This document shows, piece after piece, positions 14,231 to 30,464 of a DNA stretch of 64,000 bases; the first letter of the stretch is position 1; every line of letters begins with the position of its first letter. Source of the stretch: Eledone cirrhosa (Eukaryota); contig OZ024746.1 in NCBI GenBank assembly GCA_964016885.1, positions 21,576,001 to 21,640,000 of the forward strand, in the 5' to 3' direction. The position numbers and the translations under genes are program-made. The notes beneath the pieces were generated by a model. That model saw only the letters and a list, made by a program, of their open reading frames with translations, was not told the origin of the DNA and made no database searches.

Positions 14231-16352
14231 AAAATATTATATATATATATGAGGGACAGAGAGAGAGAGAGAATATTAAATACATTGAAGACCATATACA
14301 TTTGTATATAGGCTTATTTTCATCTCTGTGATATATATTTGGCTGGGGTTGGGTAGGTAGTGACCTTCCTACCACTCCATCAGCCCAAGATCATCAGATG
14401 GTATAAAAATATTAAAACAATTTCAAACAAACCACTTTAAAATGTGTTTGTGACACAAGGGACCAGCACTATGCATTGTTGGTTCCATGCATGCCAGCCC
14501 CTCTATGTTTTTGATGTTTTTAATATTCTATAATGCACTATCTTTTACTAGATATTTCGTTGAGTGTTTCATTTTATCTGCATCAGAGCCAACTGACTAG
14601 AGTGTGGATTGCACATCCCTGGTCGGGTAGCTATTCAATATGTATATATATATATTTAGAAAATATGAACTAACTCAATTCTTTCTCTAATTTAAAACAG
14701 TGGAGTACTGACACCATGACAGTATATCCTAATAATTTCAGATACAGGTAACCCTCACTTAAGATTGTTTCATGTTAAAGCTTGATGAGAATAAAATCAA
14801 TAAGGTTGTTGAGAAATAAATTTATAACCAAATACTGTAAAATAAAAATGTGTTAAGTGTAAGCCTCTCAAATTCTGTTTCATTTTATTCCTTCTTTTTC
14901 CTTTCCCCTAACCTGATTTACTTTTCAATTGAGTTAAATGAAAATAAAATAAAAGTATTGATAAATAAAGATACAAGTCATTCAACTTCTTTTATTTGAC
15001 AATAGTCACCTAAGGTGCTATAGCTATACGTATATCTGCCATCTACTTCATGGGAATGTAACTCCTTTATGGTACAACAATATTTAAAATATAAAATAAT
15101 CAATGAAAATACAGAATGAAATTATATTTAACAAATACACATTATAAAGCAGCATGTTTTATTTTTAATAATCCATTTTATATTCTCATAAATAATTCTA
15201 CTCTATCTTCTTCATTATAGCAGATGCGAAATGTTTTCTTTTCAGTTTTCTACTAACAAATTGCATTTCTGCTAACATTTTAGACATTGTATTAAATGAA
15301 AATTGTGATAGATTGCTGCCACTAAATATAGATAGGGAGCGAAGTGTATAAATTAGAATGAAGCAGACAATCAGTGAGATACTACAAGGCCTGCCAGTAG
15401 CAAAACCAACCAATTTGGTTTTAAAATTAATGGCAGTATTTTTGGTATATATTTATTCCTCAATTTATCCTTGTTGCAGTAATGGCTAATGATATATGTA
15501 CACTATTTTTTACTCATCCTCTTCCCCCCTCATCAACATTTTACATTCGCTTCCACACTGATAGGTAAGAGCAACACATCTTGTTTGTTATGTTCCATGT
15601 TTGACATGGTCCTATAGCTGGTGTCCATCCTAATGCCAACCACCTTACAGGATGTACTGGCTGCATTTTTCATGACACCATCACTACCTCTTTACAGAGT
15701 GGGCTTGGTGTATTTTATGGCTGTTTACGCAGTTGTTGTTGTGCGATTGCTTGATGACGGTCGGGGATTCTCGCACATGGCTGCACCAGCCACCCCACTA
15801 CTGTGCGCAACCCTAACATGGTTAGTGTTATTGCTGTTTACGCAGTTGTTGCAATTCTCATTTGTTGTGCTCATAGTTTTTGGCAGTAGTATATATACTG
15901 GCTGAATGCCCTTCCTAACACCAGCACCACTTTACAGCATGGACTGTGTGCTTTTATTCGTGCCACCAGTACTAGAGAGGTCGTCTTACTGGACTCAAGG
16001 GCCCTATCCATTCCTCCATATTTACAGCATGGACTGGGTACTTTTATTTGTGCCACCAGCACTAGGGACTTAGGGGACTTCTCTACCCCGCACCAATTTA
16101 TTTGGAGTGGTAGCTCTCCTAGATCGGTTGCCTACACTACAGCTGACAGAGCCTCCGTCCACCCATTGTCTGTTCTATGATATATTCACGAGGGAGTGGT
16201 TATCATACAGCGTCAAGCATGTATACCAAACATGGTGGTGGTGGGGCGGATGGGATTGAAGTGAGACGGAAAATGGCGTATATGTACAAATTTATATGCA
16301 TACAATACCGTTTATATCACATACAAATCACATACACACACATATATATATA

Positions 16353-16477
16353 TACTGTAAATGAGGTTGGTATTAGGAAGGGCATCCAGCTGTAGAAATC
16401 AAGCCAGAATCAGTTCCCGTCCCACCCTTGCAGCAGGGAAAAAGCGGACGTAAAATGAAGTGATGATGAATGATGAT
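16353..16477 (+). mobile_element. SINE family A, 5'-truncated, inside (TA)n
   Basis: TATATATA-CTGTAAATGAGG...GCGGACGTAAAATGAAGTGATGA..-TATATA. Confidence 0.88.
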
Positions 16478-16539
16478 ATATATATATATATGAAAGGTAT
16501 GTCGAATCTATCTATTTATAAGACTGTTTATATTGTATT

Positions 16540-16595
16540 TTGTCTGAAGAAGGCATAACATATTTTTAATATGATATCCCTGAAATATATATAAT
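16540..16595 (+). ncRNA. Hammerhead-like motif with an extended stem II
   Basis: CTGAAGA-AGGCATAACATATT(TTT)AATATGATATCCCT-GAAA; 12 of 14 bp pair in stem II; stems I and III are weak; about 55 nt before (TA)n. Confidence 0.45.
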
Positions 16596-16641
16596 GAAAT
16601 AAATATGGTTTTATAAATATAGTTTCCATTTATTTAATATC

Positions 16642-16680
<39 letters not shown>

Positions 16681-16950
16681 TTGATCCATAAATAAACTAA
16701 AGCTAAAGTACCAAATTTATACAATCTCATGATTCTACAAGATCAACATAAATCTTAAGGGTTACTAAATGTAAGAGTCCAATTTCTCATATAGAAAACA
16801 TACTCAGTGCTTATTGCTTTTATTCATTTTATGTTTTATAGGCCTCTATAAAACATGTTATTCAAGCTGGTATTATATTGTTGTGCTGCTTCAATTAACT
16901 TTAAGATAAATATTTCAAGAAACAAATAGTTTCAAAACCTTTTATATAAT

Positions 16951-17007
16951 TGTTTCTACTTTAGGCACAAGGCCAGCAATTATCCCAGTGCATTACTGGT
17001 ACTTTAT
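16951..17007 (-). mobile_element. SINE family B 3' end only, 21-bp TSD
   Basis: TSD TTTCAAAACCTTTTATATAAT at 16930-16950 and 17008-17028. Confidence 0.9.
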
Positions 17008-17244
17008 TTTCAAAACCTTTTATATAATGTTAATCATGAAGACATGAGATGTGGTGAAAGCTATATTTTCATTTAAATAGATATTAATTAATTTGATCAT
17101 TTTCAAACTACATTTTATAAGGCCATCATAGCATGGATGTTTGAGAAATACATTTCCTACTGGATAGAATAGTTTTTCAGAAGAGGTTTGAAGGATTCTT
17201 TTTCCTCATTGCAGCAAGTTAACAAAAGATTTATCAATTATACA

Positions 17245-17645
17245 GTATTGGTAGAGCGTCAGACACCATGCTTTGCAGCATAGTTATGGCCCTTTATGTT
17301 CTGAGTTCAAATCCCGCTGAGGTTAACGTTGCCTTTCATCCTTATGGGGTCAATAAAATAAAGCACCAGTAACGTACTGGAGTTGATTTAATCGACTTTC
17401 TCCTCCCCCAAAAATTACTGACCTTGTCCCTATACTAGAAATCATTATTATTATTTGTGGATTGGCAGTATCGGTAGAGGGGTCAGATGCCATGCTTTCC
17501 ACCATAGAGTTATGGTCCTTTACATTTTGAGTTCAAATCCCACCGAGGTTAACTTTGCCTTTCATCCTTACGGGGTCGATAAAATAAAGTACCAGTAATA
17601 CACTGAGGTAATTGCTGGCCTTGTGCCAAAAGTAGAAACAATTAT
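17245..17645 (+). mobile_element. Head-to-tail pair of SINE family B (long-tail, then short-tail form)
   Basis: Two sets of A/B boxes (TGGCAGTATCGG / GAGTTCAAATCC), joined at an (ATT)n tail near 17443-17455. Confidence 0.88.
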
Positions 17646-18932
17646 ACAGCATCTTTACTGCATACGGCAGTAAAAGGTACTTTTCTGCATTACTTATTCA
17701 CTGTTAATTCAATTAAACCAGCAAAACTGATCCTTTTTTTTACGGATGATATAATTTGCTACGACAATAATGAGATACAAAACATCAACATTCCATTAAC
17801 TCTGTAAGTGGTTGAGATGAGTTGTTAATAAGATTAATCTCATCTTTAGAGGATATTTACAATATATATATATGTAAATATATGTAATTTACATTTTGGT
17901 CAGTTTTATCTGAAATCATTAATCCATAACTTATTCCCAGATGTGTTTATGTTATCAAATTTGATGTAAACTATTAGAAGCCTTTATTCTTAAATAGAAA
18001 TATGACACCACATAACACATGTAAATGGAACACATTAAAATATAATGTAGATATAAGTACCTTAAAAAACACTTTTTATACTCTTTAAAGATGAAAATTC
18101 GTCAACCAGAAAATTTACAGTCTTTTTAATGTTCCGTCTGAGGGATTAAAGCAATATCAACTTTGATTTATAAAAAAATAAAATGTTGATTCATTGGTCA
18201 GTAGGCACATTACCAACCTAATTAATTGTGGTGCTCTGGTAAACTACAAAATACAATGAATGACATACCTAGAACAATGAAGTGGCTAACTTCAACTTTC
18301 AAACATAATTCCAAACATTACCATTCCAGCCTGCAAACAACTCTACCACCAATCTGCTGTATTTGCCAAACACAATAAGAATGAATGCATCATTATGCTG
18401 TTATATAGAAATAATCTTTTCTATTATACAAAAATTACCCAGTAAAAAAAAATAGTAAATAGATGGATGAATAAAAATAAAACAATTTTTTAAAATGGAG
18501 AAAACAAGAAAAAATAAAATAAAGTATAATTCTAGAAAAGTCACACTAAAGTCATTTCATAACTTTTGTAATCACTGCAAAATGCATTGAGATAGAAAAA
18601 ATGGTCTACATCACAATGTACATAAATTCTTATAGAAGTTTTCTGGATTTTTGTTTGCATTTTTATTTGAAATGTTATTACCATTGTTGTTCATGTTGCC
18701 GCTATAATCATTATAGTTGTTGTTGTTACTTTGATGGTCTATGGTTTCCAAACAAAGAAAAAAATGCAATTAAGGTTTGCAAGGAGAAATTGCTAAAATC
18801 TAGATATGCTGGTGTAGTTTTGCTTCAGACATTTAAGATGTAAAAACAAGACAAAATTATTTATCTCTGATTTCATTACGTTTCCCCCTCGTCCTTGTAG
18901 TTTTCCTTTATTTATTTTGTTGTTCATAGCTG

Positions 18933-18963
<31 letters not shown>

Positions 18964-19032
18964 TATATTCTTATTTATATTATTTTTCCATACTCAAAAC
19001 AGTTAAAAGGTTTACTAAAATGAATACCACCC

Positions 19033-19072
<40 letters not shown>

Positions 19073-19528
19073 GTTTCTGTGTGTAAATATATAGATATCT
19101 ATATATATATATACACAGAGGCATATATATGTATGTGTATAAATGTATATATATATATATACAAATAAACACACACAAACATATGCACACACAATATTCA
19201 TGGAAAATGAAAGTAAAACTAGAAATTATTCGAAATAATTTGGATAGTTGTTGTCAAATAAATCATTTTATATTACAGTGGATTGCAGAAATGAATAATT
19301 TCATATTCTTTGAAACCTATGTCTTTTATTTGTGTTGTTATTCTTTTGTTGTGATTGTTGTTGTTTATATAATCATTTTATACACCTGTAACTAACTGAA
19401 CAAATACCCTAACAAACAAATGTGCACACACACACATATATATATGTATGTTTGTTTGTATATATATATATGTGGGTGTTTGAGTGGTGTATGTGTGTGT
19501 ATATATATATATTTATATAATGTTTATA

Positions 19529-19559
<31 letters not shown>

Positions 19560-19668
19560 TTATATAAAATGTTTACATGTGTGTGTATATATGTATATCT
19601 ATATATATGCCAAAGTCTATATTTTTCTTTGTTCAATACTTGCTCAAATCTTATATATATGTGTGTGG

Positions 19669-19671
<3 letters not shown>

Positions 19672-19744
<73 letters not shown>
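19672..19744. repeat. (GA)n microsatellite
   Basis: Pure GA run. Confidence 0.98.
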
Positions 19745-19746
<2 letters not shown>

Positions 19747-20741
19747 ATGTAGATATAAGATTTATTGCATATATAATTTTGTATATTTGAACATACATAA
19801 ATCATAGTATACTTTGCTAATATCTCTGTTTATATGTGGATGTTTGTAACTCAAAAGTATCAAAAGAGAAATACTGGCAAAATAGAAACTATATTTGAAG
19901 GTTTTCATAAAATTATTCATAAGATTTCATACCATAGTCCAGAGATTAAAAGTATTTACTATATATATATATATATATATAGTAAATACTTTACTATATA
20001 TAACTGGCAACCCCACCAAGGTTTCTTGGTGAGGAGGGTGACTTTGGACATCCTGCAGGACTAAAAACAAAACCTGTCAAAGGGCAAAGGAGCTCTTAAG
20101 AGTCAATGGCCATCCAAAATCACTGGGAGAGATGACCCCTTAGCCTTTGTCAAGGCAGAATTCTAGGAGAAGGAAAACTCTGATATAACATCTGCAACCC
20201 TGATGGTATCCAATGATGTTGACTTGTTCTTCTTTTTGGTAAATATCATCTTGGGTTAAGAGAGTGGGACTGGCTTTGTGCAGTGCCTTTGCTCACTATA
20301 AAAGCTTCACGGCACAGGCATTGCTTTATATCTGGAGATCTCTCTACACTTGTCGTCACATGGTACCAAGGGCCCAGCACTATGTGTCAATAATTGTCAC
20401 AGGTGTAGTGTTTGTACCAGAGTTTTCAAGTCGCTGGCTGGACTAAAAGTCACACTTGTTTAGTGCTTCCGTAGGGGTTCTCCTACATGGATATAAAGTA
20501 GTGGCCATACTCGAAAACGAGTTGGCAGCCACCATATATATATATACATATATATCATCATCAGCAGCATCACTTAACATCCATTTTCCATGGTAGCATG
20601 GGTTAGACGAATTGCCCCATTGTGAGACAAGACAGGTCTGATGAAAAGAGTAGACTAACATTACAGAGGCAGAATTCTTCATTGGAGAGATATGAAATGT
20701 TTATTGGTTTTGCAGGATAAATATATTATGAATAGTCATAA

Positions 20742-21030
20742 TGTATGGTCCTGTAACTGCTGATGAAGTTGGAGGAGTGCCGTAGAGACATAGAACATTT
20801 TAACATGGTGGAAGCTATCCATCTCCAGGTCTGAACACTGCAGTTTTCTTTCAGAAAAGAGATATAGAGAAAGAATTGACCCCGGTACTAGATTGGTACT
20901 ATTTCATTCATTGACCTCGAAAGGATGAAAGCTGACCTCAGCTGGATTTGTATTCAGAGAGCAGAGAGCGAAAATGAATATTGCAAAGCACTCTATCTGG
21001 TATTCAAACGGCTCTGCCAGTTTGCTACCT
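20742..21030 (-). mobile_element. SINE family C
   Basis: Homology to 13965-14230; head in reverse, ..CTCTGCCAGTTTGC. Confidence 0.7.
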
Positions 21031-23814
21031 TTTATGAATAATAAAAGAAAGGAAAATTATTATGGCAGTAAAGACTAAGGAATGAAGCTAGTTTATAGAA
21101 ATTGTTGTTCAAAGTTCAAAACTTAAAGCATCAGTGTTCTATATGACTAGTTGTGTGCCCATGTCATAAGGACTTACTTGTACCAGTACCTTAACCTTGC
21201 TTTCACTCGCAGTAATGCTGCTAGTGTGTTGGCTTGCCTCAAAAGGTATTAGAGAGAGGCTACCAAATCTACTTCCATTAGTATTTATTCTTTTATCTAA
21301 TTCAGAAGCATTTATATTCCTTACTGCTTTCCATACTTCCTTATTTTATATTAGTTTGCAAATTTATTAAAGAATTTTGCAATAAAACAAAATGAAACTA
21401 AAAACAAATAAATTTATTATAGAGATGGTGCATTCATTCAGAATGATAGGTGAAACCGATTACAAATTTCTTACCAAAAAACTGAGTTTTGTATTTAATA
21501 TCAAAAAATTACATTTCAATTTCAGTCAAAATGTTGGGACTGATAATTAAAAAATATGATAGTATTTTCAACTCACTAGAAATGAAGACTTACAATGATA
21601 AATAACTGCATAGACAACTGAGATCATAAAAATGACATCTTTTTCTGATCCACTGAATGCAGTGGTGAGGCATTGACAAAGTTCAAGATCCCGAGTCCTC
21701 ATTTGACCAGTGCAGCATGTAGATCCGTTTCTTTGAGGTCTGTGTCCATCTCAATGATTGATTTCAAGGTGATATACGACTGGCCAACTTGTCTTTCTGA
21801 TAAAACCACTAACTCCAAATTGTTAACGATATAAAGATATAACTAACAAACTTGTTCAGAAAGCTGTTGTTTTTATTTAATCTCATAGCAATGGATTGGC
21901 GGCATCGGTCAAGGCCTGGGTCTTTGTGGCATAGATTTGTCTTTTTTTGTTCTGAGTTCAAATCTCGCTAAGGTTATCTTTGCCTTTCATACTTACTGAG
22001 TCGATAAAATAAAGTATGATGGTGAAGATTGTGATGGTTGTAATGATGATGAAGAAGAGGAGGGGGGGAAAGGAAGAAAGGTGGAAGTGAAATAAGATAT
22101 AGAAAGGAACATATTTGCAGTTCTAAGAATATTATGTAAGTATCCCCATATGTATATATTTACATATATCTGCATGTATCTGAGAAGATATCATTATTGG
22201 AACATAGTTATATGTTTCTGTGTATAATTGATAGGATTGTGTGGGGTTATGATTGGAATGACAAAATCATTCAGTGGTAAAACATCTATTTAGTTGTAAA
22301 GCATGCTTTAATATGCTTATTTACTAAAATAAGATGTCAGCTGGAATTTATCTCCAGTGGCGATATATACAGGGTGCAACAAAAGAAACGCTCTTCTTCT
22401 TTTAATTTATCAACTTTTATTGAACAAAGTAGATTTGTGACAACATGAAATGCAATCCCTATCCTCTGCCGATTATGAAGAACAATAGAATAGGATGGTG
22501 ACAGAGAGTCAAGGGAATCTGTGCAAGCATTGTGACCTACTGATTGAACAAAAATGAATTAAAGTAGTTTAAGCTAATTACAGTAGTTCAATAAATGTTC
22601 TTCTTTGCCCACTTATTATCAACAATATTATATGAAGGATTACATTAACCTTCCATTTTAAGATGGCTGCTATTTCTATTAGGTCATGGCAAATGTCAGC
22701 TTCTTTGGAACTGGTTGTTGATGTTGTTTCACTATAGATCTATCCCTTTCTATAATCAAAGGCATTTTACCCATCACAATTCTGTCATATTTTTAGACAT
22801 ATCATGAATTATATCATTTAATGACTTAAGATTCATCATTGTGCCCATTGCCAAATTTCACCCTGGTTGTGGCACCTCCACACATGGCCCTCATGTGTAA
22901 CTTGTCCACACCTAGCTACCCTAGTGCCCACCAGACAATAAAACAGACAACTCCATCTAGTGTATCTAGAATTATATCATTCAATGTGACAACACTTATT
23001 TAAGATGTTGAGGTGTAATTTAAGAGCTATTTGGCTGGTATTTTTAGCAATTCAAGCAAGAACTTACCATGTTTTCTGTAGCTGGTAAAGATAAATGGTG
23101 AAATTTTACACAAGAAAAGGCTAAATTAATATATAGCTGTATTGTCAACAATTTACTGACACTTCTCAGCACGAAACAAAACCAATTCAATAGATCAAAA
23201 TTATTCAAATACATCTGTCACCTAAATGATAGCAAATTAGTTAGTAATTGAAATAACTAAAATCAATAGATTTGTTGAGCTGAAAAATATAATTTCGAAC
23301 TAAACCAAAACTTGGAGTGACAAGTAAGTCAGAATACAAATTCTATCTACAAAATCTTAGAATTTTATAGACTCCCAGACAATTCTAGTAACTGGCTTTG
23401 TCTATTTCAAAAATAAAAAAAAAATAAAAATCTAACAAACAAAACCTAAAACAGAAAAGAACTAAAGAAAATACATCTTACAAAATAACTATAAATCACA
23501 TGATTAAGAACTTTTGAAAGAATACTGTGCTCTGTTATCTTATGAAAGCTTAGTAAGACATCACGTTTTTATCTAATATGTATTAATTTTAGTTTCTTAC
23601 TGAGAGACAAGTGTAAACTTTAATGGGAAAAGGATATATTTGAGCTGACTGACAAGATCAAGCAAGATAGAATTTGAAACCAGATTATAAAGAAATGAAA
23701 GTAAATACTGTAGATCATTTAGTTCATTTCAATATTGAATCTGTTCAAACATACCAACTCAAATAAATGAATTAATATAATGGTTATTTTTGTTAGCCTG
23801 ATATTACAGGCATA

Positions 23815-24066
23815 TGGTTAGAATATCTCAGGAAAGAATCACTGGACAGATTTTATGGAAAAAAAAAAACCAACCAGCAGGAGACCCACCCGAGATAGAC
23901 CCTGAGCAAGATGGTTGGATAACATCCACGAGCCTGGCTGGTCTCGCTTGGGGATCCAACTGAACCAATTGAGGACAATTGCTTTTGAGAGGACCCACTG
24001 AAAGGAGTGTTTCAGGACACTACTCTCATGACGCTCTCAGGAATAAATGTGCAAAGAAGAAGAAGG
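23815..24066 (+). mobile_element. Expander/Rex3-like RTE LINE 3' end with (GAA)n tail
   Basis: Translates ..RP..RWLDNIHEPGWSRLGI..; homologous to 39040-39285 and, inverted, to 48080-48195. Confidence 0.7.
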
Positions 24067-25575
24067 CTATTGTTGTCAGGGTCGGATTAAAATATACAAC
24101 AAACCCCCAAGTTTACATTTCAAATTTGCTTGGTGCATGTAATTGGAATTATCAAGTTAAACATACAGATGTTAAATGCAAAAAATCATTCCACACTGGC
24201 TTGTGTTGGATGGATTGTATGTATATACACAAAGAGGATTGCCTCAATGAAAGAGATGATCAGCTGGCAGAGGCTGAAAGAACTAAAGCTTTAGCTGTTG
24301 ATTGTCAAAGCTCTTTCATCACACATTCTGCAATCTCTTCAGGGACTACTTTTGTTACCTTTTTTTTTCTGTTTTTGTGTGGATATGTAATAAGATGATA
24401 TCATGTCTTCATATGATATGAGATGGATAGTACAAATAAAATATTTTTTATACCTTTAGTCTCATTTCTAAATAAAAGTTGTTAACACCAACAAATTTTC
24501 AGAAAGTTAAGAGTGGAGCAAGGTCATAGAGATTCAAAGAAGCTCAAATATAATTTCAATTTCTTTATAGATTTGAATTTGTATTTCATTTTTCTTTTTC
24601 ACATTTCTTTCCAGAAATAGTTGATTTATATTTAATTTTTCTCTGCGCTAACGTTTCAGATATATATTCACTTTAATGTTTTTTTTTCTTTCTTTCCTCT
24701 CAGTTTTATTTTATGACTGCAATAATGTCAATTTTGATCACACGATAAATAAATAAAAAAAAATGAAAGAAAGAATCCTTAAAAATTGAAATTGAAATTT
24801 CTTACTATTACTTTTATCCATCTTTGGTTCCTCTTTTGCTTTGTAAAACTTTACTTCTGTAGCAGCTACTTCATATGAATTTTCTATCACTTCCAACATA
24901 TAAAATGTTATGAGATATAAATATTATGGAATGTGATTCAAGTACCAATCTTTTGTTTTCACTCATCTCATTTCTTTTCTTTTTGTTTCAGCTTCAATTT
25001 TTTTTTTAAATTGCTGAAACTAACTCAAATAAACTAATAAATTGATAAACAGTGAAAAACAAATCTAAATTCAAATATAACAATAATAATAAAATATTAA
25101 ACACAAAATTATTCATAGAATTATTTATTGAATTGGAAATGCAATATAAGTAATAAAAAACAAATAGAATAAAACATGCATTGATTTCTTACATTAGCAC
25201 AATGTATTCTAAAAGTCTAAAGTCTATCTTGAGCCTGGAGGCTCATCATACCAGTACTTGTCCTGGTTTCTGTAGTGTGAAATGAAGTATTTTGCTCAAG
25301 AACACAACACACAACCCAGTTCAGGAATCCAACCTGCAACATTATGATCATAAGTCCAACACCCTTACCACTAAGTCACATGCCTTCACATAATGTTAAG
25401 TATTGCAGGGAAGAATTATATTTAATAGAAATAACCCTAGGTCTTATTTTATTAATCAAGGAAGGATAACTTGCAAATTTGATGACTGTAGGATTTCAAC
25501 TAAGACTAAAAAGGAATGTAACTAAATATCACAAGGTACTTCAGAGATCTACTGATTCTGCCATACACCTCATTA

Positions 25576-26035
25576 ATAACTGTTTCTAATTTTTGGCCCA
25601 AGGCCAGCAATTTGAAGGGAAAGTAAAAGTTGATTAAATCAACCCCAGTGTGTTACTGGTATTTTATTTTATCAGCCCTGTAAGGATGAAAGGCAAAGCT
25701 AACCTTGGCAGGATTTGAACTCAGAACGTAAAGGGTTGTAACTCTATGTCACAAAGCATGTTGTCCAACGCTCTACCGTTACTGCTAATCCACTGCCCTC
25801 CACCACATTAACAATAATAATAAAGGTTTCTGATTTAGCACAAGACCGACAATTTTCAGGGAGGGGGAGTCAATTAAATCGACCCAGTATGTTACTGGTA
25901 CTTTATTTTATCAACCCTATAAGGATGAAAGGCAAAACTAACTTCTGTGGGATTTGAACACAGAATATAACTATATACTGCAAAACATGTTGTCTGACGC
26001 TCTGACAATTCTACCAATCCAACACCTTATCCACT

Positions 26036-26040
<5 letters not shown>
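25576..26040 (-). mobile_element. Tandem pair of SINE family B (long-tail form)
   Basis: Two copies of GTA.TTTATTTT.TC..CCCT.TAAGGATGAAAGGCAAA...GGATTTGAAC; (AAT)n junction and flank. Confidence 0.85.
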
Positions 26041-26077
<37 letters not shown>

Positions 26078-26387
26078 TGAATTTTGAATATAAGAACAAT
26101 GTTACAAATTTTAGCAGAAAAGATAGTTAATTCAATCGATTCCAATGTATGGCTGGTATTTAGTTTATTGACTAAAGAGTGAAAGCAATGTTGAGATTCC
26201 GTAATGTGAATTGAAATATATGGATATAAGCAGCAGTATATAGTTAATAAAATCACTTTGTAACCTTGTGGCTTCAAGTTCAACCTCAGTAAGCAGCACT
26301 TTAGGAAGGTGTTTTCTATTACAGCCTTGGATTAACCAATTACTTTCTCGGTGAAATTTGCTACATAGAAAATGTGCCAAAGCTCTT

Positions 26388-26712
26388 TCATCATCATCAT
26401 CATCATCATTTTACGTCCACTTTTCCCTGCTTGCAAGGGTGGGACGGGAACTGATTCTGGCTTGATTTCTACAGCTGGATGCCCTTCCTAACACCAACCT
26501 CATTTACAGTGAGTGCTGGGTGCTTTTTTGCCGTGACACCTCCACGACCACTTTGCAGTGGTCTATCATCTCATTTCTACAGCTGAGTAAACTGGAGCAA
26601 TGTGAAATAAAGTATCTTGCTCAAGGAAACAACACATCACCCGGTCTGAGAATTGAACTCACAACCTTTCGATTGCAAGGCCAATACCCTAACCACTAAG
26701 CATGTGCCTCCA
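26388..26712 (-). mobile_element. Full-length SINE family A
   Basis: Inverted near-identical copy of 27967-28311 with a small internal deletion; head abuts (TA)n. Confidence 0.92.
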
Positions 26713-28350
<1,638 letters not shown>

Positions 28351-28441
28351 CATATGGAGGCAAACATTGGGTAAATATTGATGCAATTCAATTCAAGCAC
28401 TCAACGTACTTTTTCCACATAGGAGTGACGGAGTAAATATC

Positions 28442-29411
28442 GAATAAGTAAAAGCGAAGTAATTTCAGATGTTCAAGTCCTTTAATAATAATTGTTTTTA
28501 CTTTTGGCACAAGGCCAGCAATTATCCCAGTGCATTACTGGTACTTTATTTTATCGACCCCGTAAAGATGAAAAGCAAAGTTAACCTAGGCGGGATTTGA
28601 ACTCAGAATGGTAAGGGCCGTAACTCTATGCATCAAAGCATCCTTTAATAATAATGCTGTGATATATATTTCAATGATGACACTGGCCACACTGTTCTGT
28701 GTGCGAGTGTCGTGACATCATCAGACAGCTTGTTACATAATAAGGTTATGTTTCCGAGGCAATCCAAGTTGAATCGACATGGGAACGGACAAAGTGTGTG
28801 CTTTTGGGTTCTTCATCCATTCCCCTGTGAGTACCAATTCACCCCCACCGGCCTGCACAGATGCATGTCCGAAGGAAGTTGACCATTAGCTACCGCAGAT
28901 TTCAACGAAATTCACTTAGTCAGTTCCCCCTCTCAGCCAAACAATGACCCATTTAGGCCTGTATCATTGCTAACTGCTACCCATTCCGACTGTGGCAGTC
29001 AGCCGAAAGCCAGAGGGGGTGGGAGAGTGTTAGTTTTTACAGGTCACAATACTACCTCTCACCAAGCATGGACAGTACGACTGACCATCAACTCCCAAGA
29101 GAAAATATACTTAATTCTAGGTATCATGGTTTTACATTGGAAGTTATGAGTGAGAGTTGGAAATAAAAATTAAAATCCTAAATCAAAAATTATAAATTAA
29201 ACAATTAAAAAATTAACAATTAGAAATTAAAACATTTTTCAAGTGAGAATCCGGATTCCCATGTCGATTCAACTTGGATTGCCTCGGAAACATAATCTTA
29301 TTATGTAACAAGCTGTCAGATGAGTGTGACCAGTGTTGTCATTGAAATATATATCACAGCATTATTATTAAAGGACTTGAACATCTGAAACTACATTGCT
29401 TTTACTTATTC
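28442..29411. mobile_element. Non-coding foldback/MITE-like element with about 155-bp inverted arms
   Basis: Left arm 28442-28785 (interrupted by a SINE and a small insertion) is the reverse complement of 29256-29411; the spacer is about 470 bp and GC-richer. Confidence 0.8.
28493..28640 (-). mobile_element. SINE family B nested in the foldback arm, 15-bp TSD
   Basis: TSD TCCTTTAATAATAAT at 28478-28492 and 28641-28655. Confidence 0.92.
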
Positions 29412-29421
29412 TCTCTCTCTC

Positions 29422-29496
<75 letters not shown>

Positions 29497-30150
29497 TGGT
29501 CCCACTCATGTATACGGTTGAAGATGAAGAGAAAGACTGTAAAAACTAGCTTATCTTTATAATTTAAAATTGATACACACTACGATACTTGTTGCCTTAT
29601 GACAGCTGGTTTTCACGCCGTAACATTAGATACATTATATACCCCCCACCTAAGTAATGCCAGGGTCTCCTTAAATAGTTTATTGATAGCATTGTTGTAA
29701 TAATTGTTGTTGTTATTGTTCTAATTGAATGCCATAACTACTCCATATTTTCTTTTATTTTCTTGCCTGTGTATTTTCTTCATTCTCGCATGCTCCGAAG
29801 ATCTGACTGGTTATAATTCTGTATTGGCGATCGAGTGACGCAAAATTAGGCGGATAGCGATCTCTAGACATACCAGTTCAGTGAAACAAATGTAAGCTAT
29901 GTGATTAAAAACTTTTTTGTATAGCAAACCATGTAAACCTTCTTTCCTGATTTATTATTACTCCAAGTGTTTACAACATAGGAATTACAGCATACCCGCA
30001 GCATCACTATGAAAACGCCTTGTTGAGTCAAACCAAGCCAAGCGTTAATATCATCCACTACCTGGAATACCATAACTGGACTTCACCTAAGTGGACTGCA
30101 TTTAACTATTATTTGTTAATCCGTATATATATATATATATATATATATAT

Positions 30151-30431
30151 CGAAAGGTTGTGAGTTCAATTCTCAGACCGGGTGATGTGTTGTTTCCTTG
30201 AGCAAGGCACTTTATTTCACATTCCTCCAGTTTACTCAGCTGTAGAAATGAGATGATAGGGACTGGGATCCCTATCATTCCACTGCAAAGTGGTCGTGTA
30301 GATGCCACGGCAAAAAAGCACCCAGCACTCACTGTAAATGAGGTTGGTGTTAGGAAGGGCATCAAGCCAGAATCAGTTCCCATCCCACCCTTGCAAGCAG
30401 GGAAAAGTGGACATAAAATGAAATGATGATT
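30151..30431 (+). mobile_element. SINE family A, head-truncated, inside (TA)n
   Basis: Near-identical to 28008-28300; TA on both sides. Confidence 0.9.
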
Positions 30432-30464
30432 ATATATATATATATATATATACACACATAAATA

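Noticed and set aside
5358-14747. Scattered plus-strand exon-like segments (5358, 7151, 8698, 14701)
   Set aside because: Acceptor-like sites are present but there is no consistent phase chain or recognisable protein.
21640-21830. Possible terminal exon or LINE relic (DLHAALVK*GLGILNF)
   Set aside because: The gene already terminates at 31746; the LINE similarity is too weak to call.
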